Part shown: positions 23,509-33,831 of the stretch, piece by piece | How the letters are laid out: each line of letters starts with the position of its first letter | Numbering within the stretch: position 1 is the first letter of the stretch | Source of the DNA: Trypanosoma brucei | Taxonomy: Eukaryota | DNA length: 64,000 nt | Direction: 5' to 3' | Assembly: GCA_000002445.1 (NCBI GenBank) | Contig: CH464491.1 | Span: forward strand, 1,216,001 to 1,280,000 | Program-made: the position numbers and the translations under genes | The notes under the pieces: model-generated | The model's input: the letters and a program-made list of their open reading frames with translations, nothing else | Told to the model about the DNA's origin: nothing | Databases searched by the model: none

Positions 23509-24664
23509 TGTCTTGTTAACAGAATTCACAAGCTTTCTACCACTCCTATTTCCTTCTTAACCCGTGAAGCTCCCCTGCTATTGTTCTGCTTTCGCTTTTG
23601 CGTGACTCAAATACGTGTTTTCTCCCCTTTGAAGCACCGCTTCCGCGCCCTCCTTTACAGATCCAAAAGGGAGAGACCTAACTGAAAAAAGGTAGAATCT
23701 TTCTCGCACCAACACAATGGGTGCAACCACCACAAACTGCTTTTGTAGAATTCCTACGCACACTACCACACACCTCGTAATTCAGGCGCAAATAATAAAG
23801 AATTGACGCGCGAAGGCGTGGCACCATCAAGCAAAAGGAGAAGTCGGGAAAATGGACGCAAGAGGAAGAAAGGGTGGGAAAACAAAGCAAGACAACGGAT
23901 GCAGGGAACCACTAGGGAACACATGCAAAGGGGAAGGGAAAAAGGAGAAGTGGTCATGCTCCTTTTTCAAGTATTCTTTTGCGGCAGTAAAATAAGTGAA
24001 CTGATCCATATTCCCAAAAGTGGATGTAAAAAAAAAAAAACGTAGTCGTATCGAGGGAAGAGCTCCCCTAGGACATGAGAACAACAATTAAAAGAACGAG
24101 AAGGCTAAAGTTGATTTTTAAAAAAAGTATGTAACACTTGTTACCCCCTCTTTTCAGCTGCTCGCACTCACGCCACACCCGCCTTATACATTTCTTCTTC
24201 CCCGCCTCCCCCTCCACGGTTTTTTCCTTAAATGCCGCTGCCCCACTTCCAGTGTGGAGGCCGTCACCTTCTGCCATGAACGGGATCTGCACCGGTGGCT
24301 GTGTTACTACCTAATTCGTTTTCCGTAATTCTTACGATGAAGGTATGGAAACAATAAGCGCCTTTCGTCGGAGCCTGTGCCAGTGGGTTCCAAGGCTGTC
24401 AGAGAACCTTATTTACCATAGGAGGTATCGCAATGCGTTAATCTTTTAACCATGTTGCCCTGGGACCATTGCAAACACCATTTCAGTATCCCGACGGGGG
24501 TGGTGACACCTACCCTTCTTCCTCGTGAGCACATTACGGAACCCTATGGCACTACAATGATGTGTCACGGGTCGTCAGGATCCCACTACATTACACTAAT
24601 GGATATCAACCCCCCCCCCAAAAAAAAGGAGCAACCAGCTCGGTTTACCTTAACAGTGTCGCGT

Positions 24665-25438
24665 TTACTGACCACTATCCTCTTCTTCGCCCTCCTCATC
24701 GTCATCACCCTCAATCCAGCGCCGCTCCTGCTCAAGTCGGTCAGCGGAACGCCTCTCGTTGCGTTGCACAAACGGGTTCGATGGATCCTTCTGCCACATC
24801 TCCCACAGTAAATCGTTGTACTGCGAACGTCTCAAACCAGGTCGCTCCTCTCGTAACCTGGGAAGTTGTTCCTCACAGAATAGCCGGTAAAGGACGCGAG
24901 CGCGCTTGCCAATATGACGGTCCTCGGGCACCACCTGTTCCCCCGGATTCCGGAGTTGCAGAGCCGAGAGAGCTTCATTCAAGGGACCCTCAGCGACCGC
25001 ACCACCTTTGCTCCAGTCTCCTGGTTTCTTCAAATTCCCCGCTGAAGGGTCGCCGGCGCCTCCAGCCGCAAGTTGACTTTGGTTCTCCCTTGGTTCCACC
25101 TGCTTTTTCCTATCGTAATCTGCGAGCACCTTCGACAGGTCCTTTTGCATCTGGCGCCGTGAAACCTTCTGTGGCACTTTTGCACTGAGTTCCTGTTCCT
25201 CCTGTAGAAGTAACTCTTTTTTGAGCGCACGCTGCTCCGCTTGGCGCTGAGCCTTCTCCTCAGCCTCACGTTGTTTTGCCTGCTTCTTCAGTGCTTTGGC
25301 ATCACTTTCAGCCCACAGCGCATCCTCCTCTTCCTGTCGCTTTTTTGCTTTAATTTGGGCGCTGCGCTCTTGTTCACGCTCACGGGCCTCCACAGCGTGG
25401 CGGTTCATAAATTTGTTAGCCTTTGCTCCGCTCGGCAT
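24665..25438 (-). CDS. CCDC124: CCDC124 / Lso2-like ribosome-associated (hibernation/recovery) factor
   Basis: Lys/Glu-rich N-terminal coiled-coil. The C-terminal region KRARVLYRLFCEEQLPRLREERPGLRRSQYNDLLWEMWQKDPSNPFVQ aligns with human CCDC124 RMRAAFTAFEEAQLPRLKQENPNMRLSQLKQLLKKEWLRSPDNPMNQ (from memory). Proposed start MPSGAKANKF at cat 25436-25438. The track ORF extends to 25618 through a hydrophobic, pyrimidine-tract-encoded leader. Confidence 0.7.
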   Translation of the reverse strand: MPSGAKANKFMNRHAVEAREREQERSAQIKAKKRQEEEDALWAESDAKALKKQAKQREAEEKAQRQAEQRALKKELLLQEEQELSAKVPQKVSRRQMQKDLSKVLADYDRKKQVEPRENQSQLAAGGAGDPSAGNLKKPGDWSKGGAVAEGPLNEALSALQLRNPGEQVVPEDRHIGKRARVLYRLFCEEQLPRLREERPGLRRSQYNDLLWEMWQKDPSNPFVQRNERRSADRLEQERRWIEGDDDEEGEEEDSGQ

Positions 25439-25645
25439 GATGAATATCCAATACTTTCGTCTGAAGGATGCATCATCAAAGAGATGGAAAAGACTGTGCA
25501 AAAGGGCTCGATAATTACAAAGCACAAAAGAAACACAGTAAGAGGTGAGTATCGAAGGCCAAACACGTGACAGCACGCAATGAAAAATCAACGCGATCAG
25601 CAGTGGCACGCCCACCATACGGGGATGTGCGCACGCTCCCCCATT

Positions 25646-26323
25646 TTAACGGTGCAAACGCACTGCAAGCACACAACCGTCGTGTACTACAGGTCGAAGA
25701 TAGAGTCCTTGGGCTGCAGCCGCACGACAGCTCTCCGCTATGACACGCACGAGCTGAACTCCATCTGAATCACTGTGGTACAGTGAGGAGCGCCGATTTA
25801 GAAGCGACGCTGCTGCGTTTTCAAGTATAACTAATGAAGAGGGAGTTAAAGGAGACCGGGCTGTAGTACCCGTTGGGTACGCACAGAACACCATCACCTT
25901 CCCCACGGCAGCGCTTCCACGGTGCAATTCCGGCACCTCGTGGCCATCGTACAGATGCATGGACTGAATCACGTCATCAACTCTGCGGTGAGCGCTGCGA
26001 TTCCGCTCCGAGGCGTCAAAAAAACTTGTCTGTATTCCAGTCACATCAACAAGACGACGCGAACGAAAAGAGGCTGGCGTGGCGGAAGTACTCTTTACAA
26101 CAACATCACCAGGGTAGAGAGGCGGAAGTGAGGCAACACACGATGCAGGTAACTTCCTTCCAAAGCGCCGTTCATAGTAACTATTGCCGAGAAAAGTTAG
26201 CGGGGTACCGCAGTGGTTTGTGCTGTCCTCACTTCCCGTCAAGGGCATATACACAAGTGAGCCTGCAAACCCACTTGGCTTTCCCCAGTAACATCGGCCG
26301 CTAAGCTTTACGGGAACATTCAT
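25646..26323 (-). CDS. hypothetical protein (no recognisable domain)
   Basis: The track start at 26392 is GTG and the following 23 residues are pyrimidine-tract encoded. The first ATG (cat 26321-26323) gives MNVPVKLSGRCYWGKPSGF… at about 225 aa. Co-directional in the array. Confidence 0.4.
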   Translation of the reverse strand: MNVPVKLSGRCYWGKPSGFAGSLVYMPLTGSEDSTNHCGTPLTFLGNSYYERRFGRKLPASCVASLPPLYPGDVVVKSTSATPASFRSRRLVDVTGIQTSFFDASERNRSAHRRVDDVIQSMHLYDGHEVPELHRGSAAVGKVMVFCAYPTGTTARSPLTPSSLVILENAAASLLNRRSSLYHSDSDGVQLVRVIAESCRAAAAQGLYLRPVVHDGCVLAVRLHR

Positions 26324-26790
26324 GTAAAGCACTGACGCCAGCTTTGCAAACAAAGAAAAAAGAATAGAACAGAATCGAAGACATGTAAACACGCTCTCCT
26401 TTGAACGAGTGTGTGCACACAGCTAAGTGATATCCTGTCAACTAATTTTTCCTCAAAAGCGGTGGGATGCAAGCAGAGAAAAGCGTTGAACCTCTCCCTC
26501 TTACGCAAATGGTCGCCAACAACAACTGCAATACGCAGAACAAAGATAAGTGCCCGAAGTAACGACGATAGCACCGGGCGCATGCACGTCCATATACCTG
26601 TAAAGACTTAGCCACACACGTACGCGCGTAATTCCCACCTGGAACCCAAGTCGTCGCTGATATCACTGCATATAGCACCAGCTCCGGTAGCACTGAAGCA
26701 TTTAAACAGGGGAGCATAGGAACTGGTATCTCCTAACACACCATACTGCAATGCTGATTTCGGAATTTCGCTCCCCTATTTTCCACTCCA

Positions 26791-26815
26791 CCCCCCCCCC
26801 CCCACACACACACAC
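26791..26815. repeat. C13 homopolymer followed by (AC)6, about 25-50 nt 3' of the ASCC3-like stop codon (G13(GT)6 in the minus-strand transcript)
   Basis: cccccccccccccacacacacacac read directly. Lies just downstream of the minus-strand stop at 26841. Confidence 0.85.
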
Positions 26816-26840
26816 GACCACCTTAACAGCGCACGCTGAC

Positions 26841-29800
26841 TCACTCGCGAGATGGGACCGAGACCCTAAAGTTGTACTGCTGATCTAGCCCAACGTAGGA
26901 ATCACATACAACGTACAGACTAAGGGGCACCGAGCCGTTTTCTGCAAAAGAGGTCCAATCGTCGTCCCAATCAAATCGAAGTGTTGTCGCTGTTGTGGCA
27001 TTACCCATCAAGCGGCCCACACGCTTCATAGCAATCAACTCTCCTGTATGCTCACTTCCAATAACCAACCAGTACTGCTCATCCTTCGATTTAGTAAAGT
27101 GGGGTGCGACAACATGCCGAATAGGCGTGGAAAGCCTTGTGAGGTACGCCGTCAGCTCATAACCATCCCCCTCTTCGTCATCGTCCATCCCATCACCTCT
27201 CTTGACCATCACCTCTTCAGTTGCGTGACCATCATCAACGACCGTACGAGACAGGCGTATATGCACATCGATCAATGGAAAGCTGCGCACCGCCTCCATC
27301 GCTTCGCGGACCTCCTTGTCCCCAAGACCACAGTGGTCGCACAAGGTCTCATGGAGTTTCGTAAGGGCCGACAGTGGACTGTTCACCAATTGTGATACGT
27401 GATGGAGTCCGGCACAGTGCTCCGCAATAATAGGAAGCATCGTGTCGGTCACGTGAGGTATCTGCAACAGTGTGTTGGAGTGCCACCACAATCCTTGCAC
27501 AATACACTGTAAGAGAGACATACAGCGGAGCGACGTGTGTAAGTGGCCATTATTTGCTGTTATGTCAACCATCGCCTGCACAACACGCATGGCGTTGTCG
27601 AGGGTCGATTTTTGATCGGTGTAGTAGTCGGATATTGGCAGGTTGCAACGCTCAAAGTGAGCCTGGAAGAGAAGAAACGCTTTCACGTGCGGAGAGTCCG
27701 CATTGTTTGCTTTGATGGGGAGTGGAAGGGCTTGGCTCAAAGTAAGATTCAGTTTGTCTTCATTGTGCCTCACGGGAAGTTCTTCAAACTCATCCGCTTC
27801 ACATAGTGCCTTCAGGACATCCACGTGGGTGCTATTTTCATTGATATTTGTATCGAAGTAATAAACTGTTTTATGTGAAAGATAGTAGTAAGAACACAGC
27901 TTGCCAAGCACAGTGTAAGTCAACGCATTGGGATCAGCATCTGCGTCGCACCCATCGCTTTGGCAATGCTCGATACATCCACACTGCTCAAGTTCGTCAA
28001 GAACGTTGGCGACAAGGGTGGACATAAAGATCGTTACCGACGCTGGTGACCGATCCGAAAGTCCATAATACGACGGATTCTTCACGATACGACGAAACAT
28101 ATAGGTCCACGTCAAGTAGTCTACAGCGTCTTGCCGGGTCTTAATCGTTCCTGACACGATTTCAGCATTGATGTGAGTGTGTAGTTGTCTGTGAAGTGCG
28201 CTCTCAACTGGGAAAGGGTCGTAGAGAAATTTTCGGTAGAAACCCTTCTTCGGCTCGTGACAAAGCACCTGCGCCACACCCTCCGTATCGAACTGAGGCC
28301 TTCCCGCACGGCCAATCATCTGTAGTACGTCAGTAATTGGGAAGTCCACATATGTTTTTGTCTTCCCGTCATAATACTCCGTACCCTTCACAACCACCAT
28401 ATGTGCGGGGAAGTTGACTCCCCACGCAAGTGTGGAGGTTGCCACTAGAACCTGTAGCTTGCCCTTGAGAAAAGCGGACTCCACCACCGTGCGATCACCC
28501 TCCAGCAAACCGGCGTGGTGCACACCAACGCCAAACTGCATGCAGTGCTTTACGTATGGGTCGCTTACTTTTGCCACGTACGCGTTGACCTCTTCCACAT
28601 CCATACGTACAAACTTGGCAGTATTCTGTTCCATCACCAGAAAACCGATTAGTGCCATTGCCGTAAGCCTCGTTTGCCGACGGGAGGAAACAAAAACAAT
28701 GACGGGCTTGTTTGGGCTCTTCTCGCAGATGGCGTTGTAAACAGGCTTATTCATAGCCGCCATTCGAGGACAGTAATTCCTGCCATGATACCCCGCAATA
28801 TGTACCCGCATGGGCACCGGCCTCACCGACGGGTCGAAGTTGAACACTGCCCACTTGTGCGAAACGCCCAACCACGAAGTAAGATCTGCGGGATTAGCGA
28901 CAGCAGTAGAAAGGCCAATGAGACGAATAGGAGCATTGCGATGCCAACCAATAAAGCGCATACGACTTACAATCACTTCAAGAATAGGACCACGGTCGGA
29001 CCCAAGCATGTGTATTTCATCAAAAATTACAAGCCGCACTGCTGTGACGTAGCGCCTTACCTGCCAACTCCGTGAAAGCCCGTCCCATTTCTCTGGAGTT
29101 GTGCACAGTATGTCTGCCTGCACAAGTGCAGTGATATCAGGTGTAACATCGCCAGATAATTCCAAGACACGCCGGCCCAAGCGCCGAGAAAAACGGGCCA
29201 TCCAGTCCTTCACCCGCTCTTTTACCAGCGCCTTAAGCGGCGCTATGTACACAACCTTAGATCCTACTGGATATTTCTCGAAAAGGCGTAGTATAGACAT
29301 TTCAGCAGCAATAGTCTTTCCGCTTCCGGTTGGAGCTCCAAGGAAGATGCTGCTGTCGGTGTGATACATGGCGTGAAACACTTGCGTCTGTACAGGGTTA
29401 AACTCCCGGAAACTCTCATAGATGGTATGGTACTTCTCCGGTATCACCTCACGGCGAAGCGGCGCAAGAGGAAGCAGGGGTGTCGTTTTCTGAGAGTCAT
29501 CAGGTAGGTGCAGATGGCCAATAGAAAAGGAGTATTCCTCCTGAGAACCGAGCCACCGGTCGCTGTAAAGCCGAACGGAATACATATCATACTCGGCTAC
29601 GATTGGAACAGAGAGATTCACGACCTGTGGCAGGCCAGCCTCCACCTCTTTACGTTTTAACGAGATAAGCTCGTGATGGAAAATGAAGTGGTTGTCCTGA
29701 TCTTCAACCAGTAACCAAAATGGTTCCACGGAGCCGTGATATCGACTATTCCACGAGAACGTTGCAGAGATTGTCACCTTAACACGGAGAATAGTACATG

Positions 29801-32800
29801 TAATGGGTTGAATGTCAACCGCAAGTGAGACTGTGGGGAAGGAAGCAACGAGTCGAGCAATCACATCACCAAAACGCTGATTCTGAACCAGAGAACCTAT
29901 GTCACTTGCTGACATTTCCTGGAGAAGGGACATACTGGGCCGCTTCTTTTCAATATTTCGGTAAACAGCATCTGTCATGTCCACGCCAAACTGCAAAAGA
30001 GGGTGCTCAAACTCCCAGCGACGTTGCTCCAAGCACTTGCACAGCGAAAGGAAAACGGCAGTTGTGAGTGGATGGCCGCGCTGCATTTCGATCTCGAATA
30101 GAGATCGTGATATGCGAGGAGCATTCTGTACAACATAATTCACATCGGATGCAAGGGAATGCATGTCAACATTGATGCGACTAATGTAAGACTTCATGAG
30201 TGTCGTTACCTTCCACTCTACAGATGTTTCGTCGGCACTTTCACCCACAATACCGTAGTGTTGCACCTGTCTAGGCAGTAAAGCGTGCAATTTCTTGAGT
30301 TCATCGAGCTCTTCTTGGCGGACACGCAGCTGAGAAAATTCATCAGCACACGCTACGACGTTCATTGCAGCTCCAAGATCAAGGCTGTCAATCCATGACT
30401 CATCCGGTCGCCGCATTTTTGTGTTAAACGTAGCGATAGATTTGTAAGAGATGTAATAATGGCTCGCGATACGCCCCAAATCGGTGGTGTCCACAGCACC
30501 TGTTTGGGGGTTGTAGCGTATCATACCGGCATCCGCCAACTCTTCAGCTGCCTTGCTGACAATTTCATAGCGTATTTTCTTCAACTTTGGGTCCTGCCGC
30601 GCATCCGATACCTTCAAACCGTACATCAGCGGATTTACCCGTAGGCGCTGCCACAAATACGTGTATTCCAACCATCCGGAACCCTCCACAATGGATGATA
30701 TCGTCCCGGCGTGTATCTCCGCATTGAGGTGATCACACAACCCTTCCTGCAACTTGCTTTCTATGGGCAGGGCGCAAGCTAGTAAACGGAGATAGCGACC
30801 AACCTCCTTCTCATCTGATATGATGGTACCGTGACCACTAGTATCATACTGCGGTCTCCCCGCTCGGCCAAATATTTGCATTACGTCAAGCACCGACATG
30901 GACACAAGACCACCGCGCTTCGGGTCGTAGATATGAGTTCCCCGAATCATCACCGAGTGGGCAGGCAGGTTCACTCCCCAAGCAAGCGTGCTGGTGCATA
31001 CAAGCACCCTTATAAACCCCTTACGAAACAAGTTTTCCGTGGACGTGCGATCGTAACGGATTAGACCAGCGTGATGAGCACCAAACCCCGCGGCAAAAAG
31101 ATTAGAAAGATCTCTCCCCTGCAGGCTGCAACCCAGCTTCTGTGCCTCTTTGGGTACCGTTTCGTCCTGTTTAAAGAGGGCCTCATGTCCACGAACATTT
31201 GCCTCCTCCATAAAAAAGCGAGCCAGTGCAACAGTTTGCTTGCGTGAGTGCACGAAAACCATAACCTGATGACCCTCCCGTACGTTGCGGACGACTTCCT
31301 CGTAGGCAAGTTGGTCCATACGGCGTTCCTTGTCCTTTAAACCCATACGAAGACCGATGAAAGACTGCTCCAACGGCACGGGCCGGTACTCTGCCCCAAA
31401 CACCTTTAATCCCTCGGCAAGATCCACTCGCAAAAAATTTGCTACGTCCTTATAGTTCGGTAACGTTGCGGAAAGGCCGACTAGACGGGTACGGTGTTTC
31501 TGCTCTGAAGCGAGCTCGCCTTGGCGAAGCGTGCGAGCAACAATAGCCTCTAGCACCGGCCCACGGTCCTCGTTCAGCAGATGTATTTCGTCAATGATAA
31601 TAAGCCTCACTTGCGTAGTGAGCTCCTCGTTAGCCTGCTTCCTCGTGATGACATCCCACTTCTCCGGGGTTGTTACAATCACCTGAGTTTGCGCGAGTTC
31701 CCGCTTCGTAAGTTGCATGTCACCCGTAAGTTCACGAACCTCCATCGCAAAAGGAGCCAGTCGACGGGAGAAGTTTTCCACCATTTCCTGCGCAAGGGCC
31801 TTCATGGGGGCGATGAAAATTATCTTGAAGTTTCGATCCAACACACCGTCAACACGTTGTTCTTCAATGCAGCGTAACATCACCAGTAGCCCGCAGACGG
31901 TTTTACCAGCCCCCGTAGGTGCGCACACGAGCATGTTTTGCGATGTGTGAAAGGCGGTCCTAAACAGGGAGGTCTGTATGGTATTAAGATGGGTGATATT
32001 CAAAAATGCCGCGTGAGTCCACTCCGGAAGCGATGTAGCAATGCAAACACGATCCTCCTCTGGTAGCACCTTGCGCTCTGGTGGCGGCACGTGGACCCGA
32101 ATGTGATCTTCTTTCTGGAGAACCGTGGCACCAGAGGCAAAGGAAGGGCAAGACCCGTTAATGCTTAAATCACGCTTGAAAAACTCGTCCAGCTCCGATT
32201 CACGTACGAGTTGTCGGTAACGCTGTGTCATGTGAGCAAGCCACTGTTCGTCCGCACTACCACGACGGTCAAACTCAGCCTCTCGCAACACCGAACGCTG
32301 TTTTGCTGTTTTCACAAAACGTACTGTGAGGCCACGGTGGTCTGGAGCCGCCGAATCACCGGTAGTACCACCATCGTTCCCTCCGTCGAGAGTACAGAAC
32401 TCCTCTAAAAGACGTAGGAAGATGTCGCGTGGACGGTGCATCACGCACTGAATCAACTCACAGTGCTCCACGCCGAGCACCTGCAACAGTTCTTCTATAG
32501 CACGCACTCGGACCGCATCCCGCTGCTTCTGCGTTTCGCAAGCCGTCACTCTGTCAAGCGCATTAAGGATAATCCGTGTCATGTCCTCGTCGAAACGAAC
32601 GTACACCTGGGACACAATGTCATCGACACTTGATAACAACAAATCCAGCGATACTTTATTATTCTCCAGGTACGCAGAGCGGCTCACTCCACCAACACGA
32701 TTGCCACGGGGGGAAAGAGGCTCTCCCGTATGCGCAATCACTGTTATTGATTGATGTCGCTGCATAAACTGCCCAACAAATGAGCACGTATGTTGTCGAC

Positions 32801-33296
32801 GTACCTCACCTTCGCGGTTACTGAAGGATGATTTCTCAGCTACCTGTAGCATCTGTAAATCATCTAAAAGACTCGTTGCGTCAGGCATGAGATGGTGACG
32901 ATAGTCCTGACGAAATGGTGCAAAACTCCCAAGCACGCTTTCCAACCGCCGGACAGCATCTTGAGCACTATGATACCAGCTCGGTGACGCTGCGGAGCCC
33001 TTCCGTTCAGGTTCCTCTGCCTTGTTTCGATGTTGCTTGTCCACAGCTTTAGACCCGCCCTTAGCCCCAGCAGTTTCCGTGGCGCCTCGGCTACCGGCAT
33101 TAGGGTTACGTCTCCTATGGTTTGCTCCAATGTTGTTGCGCCTATCGTCACATCCCTCTCTGTTTTCCCATCGGCCCTTCTTTCTGCTGTCGTTATAAGC
33201 CGCCCAACAGGTGTTACAATACCACTGTCTGTCGCGTGGATCTTCAGCCCCCTCGTCGAATGACCCACATTGCATGCACGAGCCGCGGTGGGACAT
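26841..33296 (-). CDS. ASCC3: ASCC3/Slh1-type tandem Ski2-like DExH helicase (two helicase–Sec63 cassettes), with an N-terminal Cys4 zinc-ribbon
   Basis: Cassette 1: LNTIQTSLF…[10 protein letters not shown]…[24 protein letters not shown]…LSATLPNY. Cassette 2: FNPVQTQVF…GAPTGSGKT…[23 protein letters not shown]…[17 protein letters not shown]…[15 protein letters not shown]…[40 protein letters not shown]…[16 protein letters not shown]…[21 protein letters not shown]. The second cassette matches human ASCC3 cassette 2 (HYCPRMASMNKPAFQAI…[13 protein letters not shown]…[39 protein letters not shown]…FYKKFLYEPFPVESSL…DYITWTYFFRRLIMNPSYYNL) far better than Brr2 cassette 2. The track ORF starts at 33431 but runs through an A10/T10 polypyrimidine tract. 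The likely start is [13 protein letters not shown]… (cat 33294-33296). Confidence 0.85.
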   Translation of the reverse strand: [2151 protein letters not shown]

Positions 33297-33532
33297 GCTC
33301 TCCCGCCTGTCGGCCTGACAGAGGCGTGCGTGAGCAGCTAATGAGGTGCCCCCAAAAAAAAACCTTAAAGAAAGATGTTTTCCTAAAGATAGAGTTAAGG
33401 GGGTCTTTTTGTCTTTGATATTGCTTTTCATTGTTACGATAAACGGAAAACAGGGGTCACAAATTTAAACGACACCAAGGAAAACAAATATAAATCCGTA
33501 TCCCAAGGCAACAAATAGCACCAATACAGAGC

Positions 33533-33572
33533 AAAAAAAAAAAAACGTTCCCAATTGTTGTTTTTTTTTTTC
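33533..33572. repeat. A14 – 15 nt spacer – T11 inverted homopolymer pair (potential long A:T hairpin) in the intergenic region upstream of the ASCC3-like gene
   Basis: gcaaaaaaaaaaaaaacgttcccaattgttgtttttttttttctag read directly. Confidence 0.8.
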
Positions 33573-33831
33573 TAGAGGTCAGTCGTTCTCCGACTCGGTC
33601 TCCACGAGTGCCGAAGTGTTGATCCGTTTAGCACGCAACCACAAGCAATGAAACCGGTACACATCCTAATCGGTGCCACGTTCACAAATGCAAACAAAAA
33701 ACCAACGAACCCACACCCCCCAAGAGGGCACACTTCGTCCCTCTTCAGGTTACTCAGTGCGCACACTCAAATAAGAAGGAGGGAAAGTACATAGGAAAGT
33801 AACCACTCCGGGACTATCCGACGAGACAAAG

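Noticed and set aside
24562-25188. 208-aa + ORF (and 24452-24811) overlapping the CCDC124-like gene
   Set aside because: Antisense to a gene with a recognisable conserved C-terminal domain. Pro/Arg-rich, no domain.
26841-33296. Assignment of the 2151-aa tandem helicase as spliceosomal Brr2/SNRNP200
   Set aside because: Cassette 2 retains full ATPase motifs and matches ASCC3-specific blocks (e.g. [24 protein letters not shown]) rather than the degenerate Brr2 C-terminal cassette.
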